A DNA stretch of 64,000 nucleotides from Alphaproteobacteria bacterium (GTDB lineage: Bacteria > Pseudomonadota > Alphaproteobacteria > Bin95), in the NCBI GenBank assembly GCA_965205265.1, contig CBDBGH010000003.1, positions 2,272,001-2,336,000 of the forward strand, read 5' to 3'. Positions within the stretch are counted from its first letter, which is position 1. Each line of letters begins with the position of its first letter. Below are positions 10,524 through 21,590 of this stretch, in pieces. The notes under the pieces are model-generated. The model was not told the DNA's origin, searched no databases, and was given only the letters and a program-made list of their open reading frames with translations. Both the position numbers and the translations under genes were made by a program.

Positions 10524-10883
10524 TCACCCGCGCGGCGCGCCCCCGAGCTGCCGGCCGCCGACTATGTGCGCGTGCAGATGCGGCACTTCCTGGTTGCCGT
10601 GGCGGCCGTTATTGACGGTCGCCCGGTAGCCGCCGTCGGTGACGCCCTCGGCCTCTGCGACCGCCGCCATGGCGCGCACCCAGTCGGCCAGTTCGGCGTC
10701 GCTGCCCTTCTCGGCGAACTCGTGCAGCGTCTCGTAGCGGCCCCTGGGGATCACCAGCACATGGGTCGGGGCCTTCGGCGCAATGTCGCGAAAGGCGAGC
10801 GCCCGGTCGTTCTCATACACCTTGTCGCAGGGAATCTCGCCCCGCAGGATACGCGCAAAGATATTGTCGTCGTCATAGCTCAT
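10524..10883 (-). CDS. HIT family nucleotide-binding protein
   Basis: NIFARILRGEIPC, AFRDIAP, QEVPHLHAHI histidine triad. Confidence 0.93.
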   Translation of the reverse strand: MSYDDDNIFARILRGEIPCDKVYENDRALAFRDIAPKAPTHVLVIPRGRYETLHEFAEKGSDAELADWVRAMAAVAEAEGVTDGGYRATVNNGRHGNQEVPHLHAHIVGGRQLGGAPRG

Positions 10884-11194
10884 GGGGATCGCTCGCTTGC
10901 ATCGGGTTTGCCTTCTCGCCGGGCCAGCGCGGCGCGCACATCGTCCGGCGCGATGCCCGCATCGGCCCAGAGCACCAGCAGGTGGTAAAGCAGGTCGGCG
11001 CTTTCCTCGACCAGCCGGTCCCGGTCGCCGCGCACCGCTTCGATGACCGTCTCGACGGCTTCCTCGCCCACCTTCTGCGCAATCTTCCCGCGTCCCAGCA
11101 GGAAGTAGCGCGCGGTGCGCGAGGTTTCCGGGTCGGCGCCGCGCCGGCTTTCGATGACCGCGTAAAGCCGGTCGAGAATATCCGTCTCGTTCAT
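10880..11194 (-). CDS. hisE: Phosphoribosyl-ATP pyrophosphatase
   Basis: [24 protein letters not shown]; position in his operon. Confidence 0.95.
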   Translation of the reverse strand: MNETDILDRLYAVIESRRGADPETSRTARYFLLGRGKIAQKVGEEAVETVIEAVRGDRDRLVEESADLLYHLLVLWADAGIAPDDVRAALARREGKPDASERSP

Positions 11195-11961
11195 GCGCGG
11201 GGCTCCGGGCGCACCGGGATGCCGGCCGCCGCCATGGACCGCTTGGCGTCCGCGATGCTGTAGATGCGGTCGTGGAAGATCGAGGCGGCAAGCACGGCCG
11301 AGGCGCGGCCGTCGGCCACGCCCTCCGCCAGATGGTCGAGCGAGCCGACCCCGCCCGACGCAATGACAGGCACCGGCACCGCATCGGCGACCGCGCGCGT
11401 GAGCTCCAGGTCGTAGCCGTCCTTCGTGCCGTCCCGGTCCATGGAGGTCAGCAGGATTTCCCCAGCGCCGAGCGAGACCATGCGCTCCGCCCAGCCGACC
11501 GCCTCTATGCCGGTCGGGCGGCGCCCGCCATGGGTGAAAACCTCCCACCGGCCGGGCCCTGTGCGCTTCGCATCGACCGCAACCGTAATGCACTGCGTGC
11601 CGAACTTGCGCGCGGCCTCCCGCACGAATTCCGGGCGGGCGACCGCGGCCGTGTTTATGGAGACCTTGTCCGCGCCGGCCAGCAGCAGGTTGCGGATGTT
11701 CTCCACCGTGCGGATTCCGCCGCCCACGGTCACCGGCATGAAGCAGCGGTCGGCGGTGCGGCGCACCACGTCGAGGATCGTGTCGCGCTGCTCGTGGCTT
11801 GCGGTGATGTCGAGGAAGCAGAGCTCGTCCGCGCCCGATGCGTCGTAGAACTGCGCCTGCTCCACGGGATCGCCCATATCGCGCAGGTCCACGAAATTGA
11901 CGCCCTTCACCACCCTGCCGGCGTCCACGTCCAGGCACGGGATGACGCGCACGGTCAGCAT
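11191..11961 (-). CDS. hisF: Imidazole glycerol phosphate synthase cyclase subunit
   Basis: [28 protein letters not shown]. Confidence 0.97.
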   Translation of the reverse strand: MLTVRVIPCLDVDAGRVVKGVNFVDLRDMGDPVEQAQFYDASGADELCFLDITASHEQRDTILDVVRRTADRCFMPVTVGGGIRTVENIRNLLLAGADKVSINTAAVARPEFVREAARKFGTQCITVAVDAKRTGPGRWEVFTHGGRRPTGIEAVGWAERMVSLGAGEILLTSMDRDGTKDGYDLELTRAVADAVPVPVIASGGVGSLDHLAEGVADGRASAVLAASIFHDRIYSIADAKRSMAAAGIPVRPEPRA

Positions 11962-12689
11962 TCGCCGCCCGCCGCAATGCGCAGCGCCGTCGCCGGGTCG
12001 ATCCGCCCGTCATAGAGCGCGCGCCCGCAGATCACCCCTTCTATGCCCGAGTCCCGCTCGGCGTAGATCGCCCGGAGGTCGTCATGGTCCGCCACGCCGC
12101 CCGAGGCGATAACCGGGGTGGTCAGCGCCCAGGCCAGGTCCACCGTCGCGTCCATGTTGACGCCGCCGAGCGCGCCGTCGCGGGCGATATCGGTGAACAC
12201 GATGGCCGCGACGCCGGCGTCCTCGAAGCGGAGCGCGAGATCGAGTGCGGGGGTTTCCGAGGTCTCCGTCCAGCCCCTGGTAGCGACCATGCCGTCGCGC
12301 GCATCGATGCCCACGACAATCCGGTCCGGGAACCGGCGGCAGGCGGTGCGGACGAGCTCCGGGTCGTTCAGCGCCACCGTGCCGAGCACGACCCGGCGCA
12401 CGCCCTTGCCCAGCCACATCTCGACCGTCGCCATGTCGCGGATGCCGCCGCCGAGCTGGACCGGCAGATCGACGGCGCCGAGCACGGCCTCGACGGCCTC
12501 GGCATTGACCGGCTCGCCTTCGACTGCGCCGTTCAGGTCCACCAGATGCAGCCAGGCGAATCCCGCCGCCGCGAACCGTCCGGCCTGGTCGGCAGGATCG
12601 TCGTTGAACACCGTCACCCGGCCCATATCGCCCTGGACGAGGCGCACGCAGGAGCCGTCCTTGAGGTCGATGGCCGGGTAAACGATCAT
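11955..12689 (-). CDS. hisA: ProFAR isomerase
   Basis: [35 protein letters not shown]. Confidence 0.96.
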   Translation of the reverse strand: MIVYPAIDLKDGSCVRLVQGDMGRVTVFNDDPADQAGRFAAAGFAWLHLVDLNGAVEGEPVNAEAVEAVLGAVDLPVQLGGGIRDMATVEMWLGKGVRRVVLGTVALNDPELVRTACRRFPDRIVVGIDARDGMVATRGWTETSETPALDLALRFEDAGVAAIVFTDIARDGALGGVNMDATVDLAWALTTPVIASGGVADHDDLRAIYAERDSGIEGVICGRALYDGRIDPATALRIAAGGEC

Positions 12690-13228
12690 CAGTCGCGCCG
12701 TTTTCCCGGAGGCGGCACGTCCTTGTAGAAGTAGATGCCCGGCACCCATTCGCCGCGGACATGGGCGTATTTCGGGTGGACCCCCCAACGCCGGTAGCCG
12801 AGCGTTTCATACATGGCTATCGCCTGGGTCTGGGTTTCCCGCACATCGAGATTGATGACCCTGAAGCGGCGCCGCCGCGCCTCCTGTTCCACGGCGTTCA
12901 TCAGCAGGCTGCCGACGCCCAGGCCGCGCGCCCAGGGGGCCACGAAAAGATGCTGCACGGCGGTAATGGACTTCTGGGCCTCGTTGTTGCGCGGCGGCGC
13001 CACCATCTGCACGGAGCCGCAGATCGCGCCCGACCGCCGGGCGACGAACAGGCTGCGTTCCGGCACCAGCAGCACGCCCTCCCAGTAGCGCTCGAGCCAG
13101 TCGCGTTTCGGCGGGGACACGAAGCCGAAGCCGCCGCCGTCCAGTATCGCCGCGTCGGTCGCCTCGCAGAGATCGAACAGGTCGGTCCCTTCGAGCGACT
13201 TGAGGAGTTCTACCCGAATGTCCTTCAT
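12689..13228 (-). CDS. GNAT family acetyltransferase
   Basis: [13 protein letters not shown] acetyl-CoA motif, [10 protein letters not shown]. Confidence 0.88.
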   Translation of the reverse strand: MKDIRVELLKSLEGTDLFDLCEATDAAILDGGGFGFVSPPKRDWLERYWEGVLLVPERSLFVARRSGAICGSVQMVAPPRNNEAQKSITAVQHLFVAPWARGLGVGSLLMNAVEQEARRRRFRVINLDVRETQTQAIAMYETLGYRRWGVHPKYAHVRGEWVPGIYFYKDVPPPGKRRD

Positions 13229-13229
13229 C

Positions 13230-13871
13230 TCAGGGCCGCCAATCGAGGAAGTTCGCGATGAGACGCAATCCATATACCTGGCTCTTCTCGGGATGGAATT
13301 GCGTGCCGATCAAATTGCCGCAACCGACAACGGCGGCGAAGCGCCCGCCATGGTCGCTCTCGGCCAGCATGTGGTCCTGCTCTGCCGGCTCGAACCGGTA
13401 GGAATGCACGAAATAGACATGGCCGCCGTTTTCGAGGCCGGCCAGCACGGGATGGTCGGCCACCGCCGACAGGCCGTTCCAGCCCATATGCGGCACCTTG
13501 AGGGCCGGGTCGCCGGGCTCCAGCGCCACGACGCTGCCGGGCAGCCAGCCGAGGCCCTCATGCACGCCGTGCTCCAGCCCCCGCTCGGCCATCAGCTGCA
13601 TGCCGACGCAGATGCCGAGGAAGGGCCGGCCGCGCGCGACCACAGCCTCCTCGAGCGCCTCCACCATGCCGTCGAGGCCGAACAGGCCCGCGCGGCAGTC
13701 GCCGAAGGCGCCGACGCCGGGCAGCACGATCCGGTCGGCGGCGGCCACCCTGTCGGGGTCGGCCGTCACCGCCACCGGGCCCCGGCCGCCGTTTTCGTCG
13801 AGCGCACGCGCAAACGCCTTTTCCGCCGAGCGGAGATTGCCGGACCCGTAATCGACAATGGCGGTGCTCAC
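13230..13871 (-). CDS. hisH: Imidazole glycerol phosphate synthase glutamine amidotransferase subunit
   Basis: VDYGSGNLRS, LPGVGAF, GICVGMQ, QFHPEKS; GTG start at 13871. Confidence 0.96.
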   Translation of the reverse strand: MSTAIVDYGSGNLRSAEKAFARALDENGGRGPVAVTADPDRVAAADRIVLPGVGAFGDCRAGLFGLDGMVEALEEAVVARGRPFLGICVGMQLMAERGLEHGVHEGLGWLPGSVVALEPGDPALKVPHMGWNGLSAVADHPVLAGLENGGHVYFVHSYRFEPAEQDHMLAESDHGGRFAAVVGCGNLIGTQFHPEKSQVYGLRLIANFLDWRP

Positions 13872-14230
13872 GGCGCCGACCGGGCGCGGAACCGCGCCTC
13901 GGCCTCGCCGGCATTCCGCCCGGCCGCGAGCGCGGTTTCGGCGAAGCCGCGCCTGGCGAGGCGCCGCCGCGCGAATTCGTTGCCCTCGAAACCGGCCGTC
14001 AGCGCAATGAGCAGCAGCAGCGGCAGCGACAGCCAGAAGGACGCGCCCGGAAGAAGGGCCGCAGCACCAAGCGCCGCCAGCAGCGCCGCCGCAACCGCCC
14101 AGTCGCCGCGCCAGGCCGCCCAGAGCGGCCCGAAGAGGAGCGCCGGCCAGCAGAAGCCCTCCTTGACGGCGCGAATTTCGGATTCCTCGAGGACGCCCCG
14201 GCTGCGGCGGTGGATCGTGTAGATGCGCAT
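13868..14230 (-). CDS. DUF2628-like membrane protein
   Basis: VKEGFCWPALLFGPLW, FEGN; usual position between hisB and hisH. Confidence 0.8.
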   Translation of the reverse strand: MRIYTIHRRSRGVLEESEIRAVKEGFCWPALLFGPLWAAWRGDWAVAAALLAALGAAALLPGASFWLSLPLLLLIALTAGFEGNEFARRRLARRGFAETALAAGRNAGEAEARFRARSAP

Positions 14231-14238
14231 TGCGGCGC

Positions 14239-14826
14239 TCAGAGGCTGCCCTTGGTGGAGGGCACGGCGTCGCTCCGGCGCGGATCGATCTCCACGGCCG
14301 CCCTGAGCGCGCGGGCCAGCGCCTTGAAGCAGGCCTCGACGATATGGTGCGTATTGGCGCCGTAAAGGCACTCCACATGCAAGGTGGCGCCGGCATGCTG
14401 CGAAAAGGCCTGGAACCATTCCCGGAACAGCTCCGTGTCCATGATGCCGAGCTTCTCGGTCGGCATCTCCACATGCCAGATGAGGTAGGGCCGGTTGGAC
14501 AGGTCGAGCGCGACCCGCACCAGGGCCTCGTCCATGGGCACATAGGCATGGCCGTAGCGCCTTATGCCCTTCCGGTCGCCGAGCGCGGCGGACACGGCCT
14601 GCCCGACGGCGATGCCGGTGTCTTCCGTGGTGTGGTGGGCGTCGATGTGCAGGTCGCCCTTCGCGGCGATGTCGAGATCGACAAGGCCGTGCCGGGCCAG
14701 CTGTTCCAGCATGTGGTCGAGGAAGCCGACGCCGGTCGAGACGCTGTAGCGGCCCTCGCCGTCCAGGCGGACCCGGACATCGATCTCGGTTTCGGTCGTT
14801 TTCCGCGCTATCGACGCTTCGCGCAT
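14239..14826 (-). CDS. hisB: Imidazoleglycerol-phosphate dehydratase
   Basis: [29 protein letters not shown]. Confidence 0.97.
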   Translation of the reverse strand: MREASIARKTTETEIDVRVRLDGEGRYSVSTGVGFLDHMLEQLARHGLVDLDIAAKGDLHIDAHHTTEDTGIAVGQAVSAALGDRKGIRRYGHAYVPMDEALVRVALDLSNRPYLIWHVEMPTEKLGIMDTELFREWFQAFSQHAGATLHVECLYGANTHHIVEACFKALARALRAAVEIDPRRSDAVPSTKGSL

Positions 14827-14898
14827 GGGAGCCGGCCCTCGGGGATGTGCGTTGCCGCGTCCTTTTAGAGCATGGGCCCCGCGTTTTGAACCGGGGCC

Positions 14899-16446
14899 TC
14901 AGGCCATGCCGACGGGTTCGTCGAACGCTTCCAGAACCTCGCCCGGCCGCGCATGCAGCATCTCCTCCAGCTCGCCCCGGAGCGCGGCCGCGCCCGGATC
15001 GTCGAAGCGGTTGTCCATTTCATGCGGATCGCCCGAGAGGTCGTAAAGCTCGCCCGCGCCGGAACCCAGCTCCAGGGTCAGCTTCGCGGTCTTCGTGCGC
15101 ACCGTGCGCAGTTCCAGCGGCACGCCGCAGCGGCTCGCATTCACACTCCACTCGCTGTAGGCCACCTCGCGCCCGGCGCCGGGCGCATCCTCGAACAAGC
15201 CGCGCAGGCTCTCGGACTGGGCGCGCTCGTCGAGCGCCGTGCCGCCGTAATCGCAGAAGGTGGCGGCGAGGTCGAGCGTCGAGACCGGATCCGCCGCCTT
15301 GCGCCCGGCGGGAATGCCGGGGCCGCGGGCGATGAGGCCGACGCGCAAGAGCGCTTCGTAGGGAGTCGGCCCCTTCAGGTAGAGGCCGTGGTCGCCCAGC
15401 AGGTCGCCGTGGTCGGTGGAATACACGACGACGGTATTGCCGCGCATGCCCAGCCGGTCGATCTCGATCAGGATGCGCCCGACGGAATGGTCGATCAGCG
15501 AGACCATGCCGTAATAATTCGCCGTCATCTCGCGCAGTTGCGCTTCGGTCTGGTCCGGCACGCGCGAGAGCTTGGCGCGGAAATCGCGGAGGCCGGGGTC
15601 AGCGAGCACGGGCTCGCTCTCCAGCGAGGCGCGGTGCCACCAGGGGCGGCGGTCGAGGTCCTTCCGGCCTTCCACCGGCAGCTCCACCTCGTCCGGATGG
15701 TGGAGCAGGCTCCAGGGTTCCGGGCAGTCGAACGGGTGGTGCGGGTCCGGGAAGGACACCCAGGCGCAAAAGGGCGTCTCCGGCTTGCGGTTCTGCAGCC
15801 ATTCGATGGTGCGGTCGGCGCACCAGGCGCTGCTGTGCGCCGCGGCCGGCATGCCGGAGCTCCATGTCTGCGCCGCGCCCGCGCCCGGCCGGGTCTCGGC
15901 CGCCCAGAGGTCGAAGATGTCGGGATAGCCCGACTCCTCGAACGCCCAGCGCTCGAAATGCTGGCCGCTCGGCGGTGTCACCGCGGCCCTGCGGTGGTGG
16001 AACCAGTGCCCCAGCACCATCAGCTCGACATGGCTGAAACCCATATAGGGCCCGAACCAGGACGGGTCGAAATCCGCCGTGCTGTGGGCGCATTCCGGCG
16101 TGCCGGTCGGCGCGAAGGTGCTGCTGGTCGCGAAATGAGCCTTGCCGATGAAGGCCGTGTCGTAGCCTTGGGCGTTCAGCGCCGTCGCGAAGCCGCGCTC
16201 GCCCGTCTCCGGGCGCAGGTCGATGCCGTTGTCGGCGACGCCGTGGGTCAGCGGCAAAAGCCCCGTCAGCATGGAGGCCCGCGAGGGCTGGCACACCAGG
16301 TTCGGCGTGATGCAGGCGTCGAAATGCGTCCCTTCCGCCGCCAGCCGGTCCAGATGCGGCGTCTTCACGCGCCGCCCGGCAAAGCCGTAGCAGTCGGCGC
16401 GCTGCTGGTCGGAGGTGATGAAGAGGATGTTCGGCCGGTCGGACAT
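14899..16446 (-). CDS. Formylglycine-dependent sulfatase
   Basis: RPNILFITSDQQR, CQPSRASMLTG (CxPxR), GKAH, STDHG; start MSDRPN at 16446. Confidence 0.92.
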   Translation of the reverse strand: MSDRPNILFITSDQQRADCYGFAGRRVKTPHLDRLAAEGTHFDACITPNLVCQPSRASMLTGLLPLTHGVADNGIDLRPETGERGFATALNAQGYDTAFIGKAHFATSSTFAPTGTPECAHSTADFDPSWFGPYMGFSHVELMVLGHWFHHRRAAVTPPSGQHFERWAFEESGYPDIFDLWAAETRPGAGAAQTWSSGMPAAAHSSAWCADRTIEWLQNRKPETPFCAWVSFPDPHHPFDCPEPWSLLHHPDEVELPVEGRKDLDRRPWWHRASLESEPVLADPGLRDFRAKLSRVPDQTEAQLREMTANYYGMVSLIDHSVGRILIEIDRLGMRGNTVVVYSTDHGDLLGDHGLYLKGPTPYEALLRVGLIARGPGIPAGRKAADPVSTLDLAATFCDYGGTALDERAQSESLRGLFEDAPGAGREVAYSEWSVNASRCGVPLELRTVRTKTAKLTLELGSGAGELYDLSGDPHEMDNRFDDPGAAALRGELEEMLHARPGEVLEAFDEPVGMA

Positions 16447-16625
16447 GGCGCCTCGCCTCGGGGGAGTGGGATGGATCCTATATACACGACTCGGCCTATG
16501 GCTCCGTATTCGCTCTAACGCCGGGTCCGATGGCGTATCGCACCGCTGCAATCCGGACAGGCATTGACGAAACAGACGGTATAGACCAATATCGGAGTGG
16601 AGCTTCCTTGCCCTGGAGGACTGCC

Positions 16626-17225
16626 ATGGCCCGGACCGGCAAAGAGAAGGTGCACGTGCTGGAGGGCGTGCTGCATGAGGCGGCAAGCCATCTGAGGCCC
16701 GCGCATGTGGCGGCGTTGGTCGCCCATCCCGATGCCGTGCGCTCGGCGCTGGCCGTTGCAGCCGACGTGCTGACGATGGACGACGAGGCGCGGTCCGGAG
16801 TCGAAACGATCGCGGGCGTCGAGCCTGTCCGCGTGGGAGCCGAAGAAGCGGCTTGGCGGATGGCGGAGCGCACGCGTGCGGGTGCGCCCGAGACGCTGCT
16901 GACCTCGGACGAGATGGCCGAGCGGGTCGGGCTCAAGACCCGCCAGTCGGTGCATGATTGGCTGAAGAAGGGCCGGATCGTGGGCTGGCGGCGCGCCAGG
17001 CGCGGCCATATCTTTCCGGCGAGGCAGCTCGATGAACGGGGCCGGCCGCTTGACGGCCTCGACCGCGTGATGGGGCTGTTCAACGACGGCTATGCCGCCT
17101 GGGTCTGGCTCACGACGGAACTCCCCTCGCTCGATGGCGCGACGCCGCTGGCGCTGCTGTCCGGGGGCGAGGTCGACCGTGTGGCAAAGGCTGCGGAGGG
17201 AGACCGGCAGGGCGACTTTGCGTGA
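16626..17225 (+). CDS. Xre/MbcA/ParS-type antitoxin
   Basis: HTH (LLTSDEMAERVG..RQSVHDW) and C-terminal WVWLTTELPSLDGATPLALL; overlaps RES gene start. Confidence 0.78.
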   Translation: MARTGKEKVHVLEGVLHEAASHLRPAHVAALVAHPDAVRSALAVAADVLTMDDEARSGVETIAGVEPVRVGAEEAAWRMAERTRAGAPETLLTSDEMAERVGLKTRQSVHDWLKKGRIVGWRRARRGHIFPARQLDERGRPLDGLDRVMGLFNDGYAAWVWLTTELPSLDGATPLALLSGGEVDRVAKAAEGDRQGDFA

Positions 17226-17815
17226 CCGGGGGCTACGATCTGGACCGGTTGCGCTCACGGCTGTCCGTCATCCGTCTCGGGCGTGTTTTCCGCGCGATCC
17301 ATTGCGACCGCCGCTCGACCCCGTTGGGGGCGGCGCCTGCGCCGAGCCGGTTCAGCGACCCGCGGGGATGCTATGCGGTCATGTATGCGTCGGATGCGGT
17401 GTGGTGCGTGTTCTGGGAGACTCTGGGGCGCAACCGCTTCGCGCGCCGGCGGCGGCGCGAACTCCCGCGGGCCGAAGTCGAGGTCCGGCTGGTGGTGTCG
17501 ATGTCCTCGACCGAACCGCTCGCCCTGGTTGACCTGCGCGGCGACGGGCCGGTGCGTATCGGGGCGCCAAGCGCGGTGGCGCATGACGGCAACCACGCGG
17601 CGGGCCGCGCCCTGTCGGCGGCCGTCTATGCAGGCGTGCCGGAAGCGGATGGATTGGTGTACCCGTCGCGATTCACCGGCGATACCTGTGTCGCTGTATT
17701 CGACCGGGCTTTCGGCAAATTGAGGCTGCTCGGCATCGACGAGCTTGTCCGCCACGCGGCGTTTCTGAATGCCCTCGAAGACTACGGTATCGTGCTGACG
17801 GAACCGCCGGGATAG
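17222..17815 (+). CDS. RES-domain toxin (NAD+ phosphorylase family)
   Basis: SRFSDP, YAS..E, DGLVYPSRF motifs. Confidence 0.85.
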   Translation: MTGGYDLDRLRSRLSVIRLGRVFRAIHCDRRSTPLGAAPAPSRFSDPRGCYAVMYASDAVWCVFWETLGRNRFARRRRRELPRAEVEVRLVVSMSSTEPLALVDLRGDGPVRIGAPSAVAHDGNHAAGRALSAAVYAGVPEADGLVYPSRFTGDTCVAVFDRAFGKLRLLGIDELVRHAAFLNALEDYGIVLTEPPG

Positions 17816-17833
17816 CGGGGATAGGAGTGCCGA

Positions 17834-19384
17834 TCAGTCGGATACCGCGTCGGTTTCCCTGGCGGCGGCGCGCTCGCGTTTCTGGCGGAGGGGCACGCGG
17901 ACGCCGAAATGCCAGACGAAGAACAGCGTCAGCAGCAGGAAGGCGAGCGAAATCGGGTTCGTCAGCAGCACGGTCAAATCCGCCTTGTTGATGAGCACCG
18001 TCTGCCGGAGATAGATCTCGAAATTCTCGCCCAGCAGGAAGCCGATCACAAGGCAGACGATGGAGAAGCCCGCCTTGCGCATCAGGTAGCCGACGCCCGC
18101 GAACAGGAACAGCATGCCCACGTCGAACATGGAGTTGGTCGGGATATAGACCCCGACCACGCAGAGCAGCACCACCGTCGGCAGGACGATGTGCTTTGGG
18201 ATCCTGACGAACTGGACCCAGATGCGGATGCCCACCCGCCCGATGATGAGATGGGCGAGATTGGCCATCAGCATGGACGCGAAGATGGAATAGATGAGCT
18301 CGGCGTGGTTCACCATCATCAGCGGCCCCGGCACGACGCCGTGGATCATGAACGCGCCGATGAGCAGCGCCGCCGCCACATTGCCCGGAATGCCGAGCGC
18401 GATGGTGGGAATGAGGTTGGAGCCGACCACGGCGCTGTTCGCGGCCTCGGTCGCCTGGATGCCTTCGAGCTCGCCCTTGCCGAAATTGTCGCCGCGCGGG
18501 GAGGCGCGGCGGGCGGCGCCGTAGCCGAGGAAGGCGGCCAGCGTAACGCCGAGGCCCGGCAGGATGCCGACGCCCGTGCCGATGCAGGCGGAGCGGATCA
18601 GCGTTTTCCAATTGCCCCAGAATTCCCGGGGCGCGATGCGGTTCTCGGCCCGGAACTGGGTGGCCGGCGGCAGGGGCGGCGGGGGCGGCTTGCCCCTGTC
18701 GCGGCGCATATCGTAGAGCTGCGAGAGGACGGAGCTCAGCGCCAGCGTGCCGATGGCGAAGGGCAGCAGCGGAATGCCGTCATAGAGGTAGATGGTGCCG
18801 AAGGTCATGCGCTCCGTGCTGTCCACCGGGTCGAGGCCCCAGGTGCTGAGGAACAGCCCGAGCGCCGCCGCGATCAGCCCCTTTACCAGCGAGCGGCCGG
18901 CCAGCGCCGCGATCATGGTGAAGGAGAAGAGGATGATGGTGGTGAGCTCGTTCGGCCCGAATGTCAGCGCGATGGCCGCGAAGGGCGCGGCGAGCAGGAT
19001 GAGCACGATGTCGGAAAAGGTGTCGCCGAAGACGGAGGAGTAGAGCGCCGTCTTCATCGCCTTTTCCGGCCTGCCCTGCCTGGCGAGCGGATAGCCGTCG
19101 AGCGCGGTCGCCGCCGCTTCCGGCGTTCCGGGCGCATTGATGAGAATGGCCGGGATGGCGCCCCCCGAGGTGCCGCCCTTGTTGATGCCGACCAGGAAGG
19201 CGATGGCGGCGAGCGGCGTGAAGTAGAAGGTGATCGGGATCAGCATGGCGAGCGCGGTGACGCTGCCGAGCCCCGGCAGCACGCCGAAGATGATGCCGAG
19301 CACGATGCCGACGCAGATATAGGCGAGGTTGACGAGCGTGAAAGCGGCCTCGAAGCCGCCGAGCATGCTGTTGAGTATGTCCAT
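17834..19384 (-). CDS. tctA: Tripartite tricarboxylate transporter large permease
   Basis: GVLPGLG, NAPGTPEA, EAANSA, LGIPG; many TM helices. Confidence 0.93.
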   Translation of the reverse strand: MDILNSMLGGFEAAFTLVNLAYICVGIVLGIIFGVLPGLGSVTALAMLIPITFYFTPLAAIAFLVGINKGGTSGGAIPAILINAPGTPEAAATALDGYPLARQGRPEKAMKTALYSSVFGDTFSDIVLILLAAPFAAIALTFGPNELTTIILFSFTMIAALAGRSLVKGLIAAALGLFLSTWGLDPVDSTERMTFGTIYLYDGIPLLPFAIGTLALSSVLSQLYDMRRDRGKPPPPPLPPATQFRAENRIAPREFWGNWKTLIRSACIGTGVGILPGLGVTLAAFLGYGAARRASPRGDNFGKGELEGIQATEAANSAVVGSNLIPTIALGIPGNVAAALLIGAFMIHGVVPGPLMMVNHAELIYSIFASMLMANLAHLIIGRVGIRIWVQFVRIPKHIVLPTVVLLCVVGVYIPTNSMFDVGMLFLFAGVGYLMRKAGFSIVCLVIGFLLGENFEIYLRQTVLINKADLTVLLTNPISLAFLLLTLFFVWHFGVRVPLRQKRERAAARETDAVSD

Positions 19385-19408
19385 GCGACGCGCCCGTTCC
19401 CGCCGCGC

Positions 19409-19903
19409 TCAGCGCCAGAAGGCCGGGAGTTCGGTGTTGAAGAACTGGTAGGCCGCCTGCGAAAGCACGATGGGCGTGGCAAGCGAGACCAGCGCGATGG
19501 TCCAGGGGTTGCGCGCGCCGACGAACAGCATGGTCGCCACCATGAAGAGCGCCATGGCCGGCTCGAAGCCCACATGCTCGATCAGGAACCAGGAGGCGCA
19601 GGCGACGGCGAACCAGATGAACAGGTTCAGCAGCACATGACGGCTCGCGCCCGTCGCGTCTTCGCCGAATTCTTCGTCCAGGTGGTCCTCGCCGGCCTCG
19701 ACCTTCCTGCCGCCGAAAATGGCCTGCACCGCCATGACCGCCGCCAGGACCAGGCAGGCCCCGATGGCGATGGACGGCACCAGGGACGGCGCCAGGTCGA
19801 GTTCGCTGTCGGGCGGGTAGGTGTTGTCCGGAATGACCCAGAACAGGCACCAGACCGACGCCAGCACCAGCAGCACTCCCGCCCATATGTGGGTCGTTCT
19901 CAC
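19409..19903 (-). CDS. tctB: Tripartite tricarboxylate transporter small subunit
   Basis: About four TM helices, C-terminal FNTELP, upstream of tctA; GTG start inferred. Confidence 0.78.
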   Translation of the reverse strand: MRTTHIWAGVLLVLASVWCLFWVIPDNTYPPDSELDLAPSLVPSIAIGACLVLAAVMAVQAIFGGRKVEAGEDHLDEEFGEDATGASRHVLLNLFIWFAVACASWFLIEHVGFEPAMALFMVATMLFVGARNPWTIALVSLATPIVLSQAAYQFFNTELPAFWR

Positions 19904-20073
19904 CGAAGCGGCCTCATGCGGCTGCGCTCCCCTCCGTTCGTGCCCGGAACGAGTCCATCGCCATCCGGTCGATGCTCCTTCTCGTCGCCCCGGCCCCCGA
20001 GCCGGGGCCTTGGGCGGCTTGCGGCGGTGTTGAAGGGCTGTGCGCCGGCGTCGCGAGGCCCCGGCTCGGGGTC

Positions 20074-21512
20074 CTACCGGATTCACACATTTCCGGCTCT
20101 TTCCAGAGCGAGGTTATAGCCGAGCTGTATGGCCCTGAACTCGTAGAGCCCTTTCAGCATGACCACGGGCCCGGGTTTGCCGTAGTAGCCGGTCCAGCCT
20201 CCCAGGCGTGCGCAGACCCAGGCGGCGAAGGCCAGCGAGCCCGGCGTATGTGGGTTCTTCTGCCTTTCGGTGCCACCCTCGAGCGTGGCCGAGACAGCTT
20301 CGAGGGCGGTCCTGTCGGCCTCGTCGAAGACGTCGCTGAGCGGGCGGGCGCCCTCGCCGTCCCTGTCCTGAACGAGTTGCAGGCAGGAGACGCCGGCGAC
20401 GAGCGTCATGGCGCACAGGACCCGGAACGGGGCGGTCTCCATGGAGACGGCCTCGATGTCGAAGCCCTTGGTCTTGACGGTGCGGAACAGCTGCTCGATC
20501 GTCCAGCGCCTGCGGTAGAGCCGGGTGATCCACCGGGCCTGGTCGTGCGTTTCGACCCGGTGGCTGGTCAGCAGCCGCCAGTGCGCAGGCGGCACCCCCG
20601 CAGGCGGGTCGCGTTCGCGCGCCTCGACGAGGAAGACGGGCTGGGACTCCGGCGTGCCGGGCTCTGCGGCCCGGTGCCTCGGACGCCGGAGCGTGACCGC
20701 GCCGAAGCGCACCGAGATGCGGGCCGTGCGCGCCTTCTGGCCGGGCCGCGCCGGCAGGTCCACCGCATGCTCCTCCTCCGGCCTGCCTTCCAGGCCGTCG
20801 AAGAGCTTGCCCCCGCCGTCGGCGAGGACGCGGTCCTGCGCGGCCCGGACCAGGACATCCATGCCCTCGGGCCGGCAGGCGAACATCTCGTAGATGTCGC
20901 CTTCCCGGTCCGCCACCGCCGTCACGCGCGCCGCCCCCGCTTCCAGCAGGCGCGCGCTCTCCTGCATGCCGTCGAGCCAGCGCCGGCTCTGCTTGTCGCA
21001 GGGCGGCGCCGGCTTCGACGCCTTCTGGCCGCCGGACCGCGCGATCACCTGCGTGGCAACCAGGCCGAGAAGGGCCCCTGCCTCGGCCTCCACCGCGATC
21101 GTGGCGTGGCCGACCACACCCGTGCCGCCGCCGCTGTTGCGGAAGTTCGTCGTGTCCTGGATCGCCAGCACATGCAGGCCAGCGACACGGCCCGCCGTGC
21201 CCCGCGCGGCCTGCGCCACCACCTTCTCCACCGTGACCCTCCCGTTTCGCAGGAACCGCCCGATGCGTACCTCGCCCGCGCGGGTCCCGCCCACGCTGCG
21301 AACGGAGATGCCCCGGGGACCGCGCCTGACAAGCCGGTCGTGCAGGAACCGGCCCGCCTCGTCAATCCGGCGGTCCCCGAAATGCGAAGCCTCATTGTCC
21401 ATGTCCGACCCTCCCGGTTCCCGTCAGCTCCGGAGAACCGGAGAATCACAGGACACCGACAAGGGAAACACCCCGTTCAACACTCTCCATGGCAGATGTG
21501 TGCATACGGTAG
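20074..21512 (-). mobile_element. IS4-family insertion sequence (transposase 20083-21402)
   Basis: TIRs CTACCGGATTCACACAT / CTACCGTATGCACACAT; near-perfect 10-bp TSD GCTCGGGGTC (20064-73) / GCTCGGGGGC (21513-22); IQDTT, DREGD, YRRRWTIEQLFRTVK. Confidence 0.93.
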
Positions 21513-21590
21513 GCTCGGGGGCCGGGGCGACGGTTCTTGCAGAAAGAGGGCCGGAGCGCCCGGAGGCGCCCCGGCTCCCGGCCTTCCGGC

